Shown here piece by piece: positions 62,641 to 64,000 of a DNA stretch of 64,000 bases. Location: contig CAZXSV010000011.1 in NCBI GenBank assembly GCA_964642735.1, positions 21,589 through 85,588 of the forward strand. The letters run 5' to 3'. The notes beneath the pieces are model-generated. The model saw nothing but the letters and a program-made list of their open reading frames with translations, did no database searches and had not been told where the DNA came from. Numbering within the stretch: the first letter of the stretch is position 1; every line of letters begins with the position of its first letter. The DNA comes from an uncultured Acidobacteriota bacterium (GTDB taxonomy: Bacteria > Acidobacteriota > UBA6911). The position numbers and the translations under genes were made by a program.

Positions 62641-64000
62641 ATGCAAAAGAAGACCGGAGTCAATGTCAGTTACATATTTTTGGCGATCGCCGGCGTTTTT
62701 TTCCTCCATTCCATGATTCTTCAGGCGACGCGCCTCAAAGAAATCAGCTATGACGAGTTTCAGAAGCACCTCGCCGCCAAAAAAATCAAGGAGGTCGTCG
62801 TTTACGACAATCGCCTTGAGGGAATCATCGACGAAGGCGAAGGAAAAAAATGGCAGTTCACCAGCGCCCGCGTGGAAAGCGACATCGCCAAGGAACTCAG
62901 CCAATACAACGTCAAATTCCGCCGCCAGATTGAAAACACCTTTTTGCGCGACATCATCTCATGGATCCTTCCCGTATTATTTTTCGTTGCAATCTGGATG
63001 TTCATCATCCGACGTTTCGCTGGAAGCATGGGCGGCGGATTCATGACTATCGGGAAAAGCAAAGCCAAAGTCTATGTGGAATCGCACACCAAAGTCCGGT
63101 TTGAAGATGTCGCCGGAGTGGAGGAGTCGGTCGTTGAATTGCGGGAAATCGTAGATTTTTTAAAAGACCCGAAAGCATTCGGCCGATTGGGCGGCCGCAT
63201 GCCGAAAGGAGTGCTGCTGGTCGGCCCTCCGGGAACCGGCAAAACGCTGCTGGCTAAAGCAGTCGCGGGCGAGGCGGCGGTTCCCTTCTTCTCGATAAAC
63301 GGCTCTGAATTTGTGGAAATGTTCGTCGGCGTGGGCGCCGCGCGCGTCCGCGACCTGTTCGAACAGGCGCGACAAAAAGCGCCTGCGATCATTTTCATCG
63401 ATGAGCTGGATGCTCTGGGCCGGGCCCGGTCGTCTCACCCGATGACTGGAGGCCACGATGAGAAGGAACAGACACTGAACCAGTTGCTGGTGGAATTGGA
63501 CGGGTTTGATTCCACCAGCGGGCTGGTTCTGCTTGCCGCTACAAATCGGCCGGAAGTGCTCGATCCGGCGCTTCTGCGCGCGGGACGTTTCGACAGGCAG
63601 ATTCTGGTGGACCGGCCGGACAAGAGAGGCCGCATCGACATCCTGCGCATCCATATGAAAAAGGTTTCCGTCGATTCAGGCGTGGACGTGGAACAAATCG
63701 CCTCATTGACGCCCGGATTCACCGGGGCCGACCTCGCCAACCTTGTCAATGAAGCGGCGTTGCTCGCCACAAGACGCGGCGCCCGGGAAATCGCTCTCGA
63801 AGACTTTACCGCCGCTATGGAACGTATTGTCGCAGGGCTGGAAAAGAAGAACAGAATCCTCAATCATCGAGAGAGAACCATCGTCGCATACCACGAAATG
63901 GGACATGCGCTGGCCGCAGCGGCAATCCCGGGCGCCGATCCGGTGCACAAGATATCCATCATACCCAGAGGCATCGGCGCCCTCGGCTACACGCTCCAGA
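62641..64000 (+). CDS. ftsH: ATP-dependent zinc metalloprotease FtsH (3' end runs off the window)
   Basis: Absent from the ORF track (no stop in the window). My translation from the ATG at 62641 (GGGAGG RBS) gives [51 protein letters not shown] and the HEMGHAL zinc site. Confidence 0.95.
   Translation, partial: MQKKTGVNVSYIFLAIAGVFFLHSMILQATRLKEISYDEFQKHLAAKKIKEVVVYDNRLEGIIDEGEGKKWQFTSARVESDIAKELSQYNVKFRRQIENTFLRDIISWILPVLFFVAIWMFIIRRFAGSMGGGFMTIGKSKAKVYVESHTKVRFEDVAGVEESVVELREIVDFLKDPKAFGRLGGRMPKGVLLVGPPGTGKTLLAKAVAGEAAVPFFSINGSEFVEMFVGVGAARVRDLFEQARQKAPAIIFIDELDALGRARSSHPMTGGHDEKEQTLNQLLVELDGFDSTSGLVLLAATNRPEVLDPALLRAGRFDRQILVDRPDKRGRIDILRIHMKKVSVDSGVDVEQIASLTPGFTGADLANLVNEAALLATRRGAREIALEDFTAAMERIVAGLEKKNRILNHRERTIVAYHEMGHALAAAAIPGADPVHKISIIPRGIGALGYTLQ

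Noticed and set aside
1-64000. Searched for CRISPR arrays, rRNA or tRNA genes, and transposases, integrases or phage genes
   Set aside because: I found no regularly spaced direct repeats, no RNA-gene signatures and no recombinase-like ORFs. The duplications present are paralogous cellular genes (DUF169, DUF364, EBP, NifX-like, MinD-like), not mobile elements.

Overview
This 64-kb chromosomal window comes from a moderately GC-rich bacterium that looks anaerobic. The gene content (split-Soret-type cytochrome, multihaem cytochromes, MetF/MetV-type methylene-THF reductase, Cys-less Thi4, three sigma-54 activators) suggests a Desulfobacterota-like lineage, but that is inference only. All family calls come from motif recognition by eye; no database search was run. 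I support about 60 protein genes and find no rRNA, tRNA, CRISPR array, transposase or integrase. Two genes that run off the window edges are missing from the ORF track: a GH3 beta-glucosidase (1-1614, minus) and ftsH (62641-64000, plus). The flanks are ordinary: an alpha/beta hydrolase, O-antigen-ligase-like protein, TspO, P-type ATPase, pyruvate kinase and FtsH. The core (about 9.9-47.5 kb) is an accessory-looking set of metal, sulfur and Fe-S handling genes. It holds 2x DUF364, 4x NifX-like carriers with no nitrogenase, 2x MinD-ferredoxin ATPases and Mrp/ApbC. It also holds a radical SAM enzyme, NifS/NifU, a ModA-like ABC importer and 2 intact DUF169 genes plus 1 decayed copy. The remaining members are 2x C_GCAxxG_C_C proteins, thioredoxin, Trx-VKOR, CoADR-rhodanese and Thi4. 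The main result is regulatory. At least eight -24/-12 (sigma-54) promoter candidates with exact GG-N10-GC spacing sit in front of these operons. Two different upstream palindromes recur with conserved geometry. Type 1 is TTGCA-N3-TGCAA (7 sites, two pairs with the same 31-bp spacing beside the two PAS-type activator genes). Type 2 is a tandem pair of GTGCA-N5-TGCAC-like elements found at the same distance from two promoters. Together they suggest an undescribed sigma-54-controlled metallocluster or sulfur trafficking regulon.
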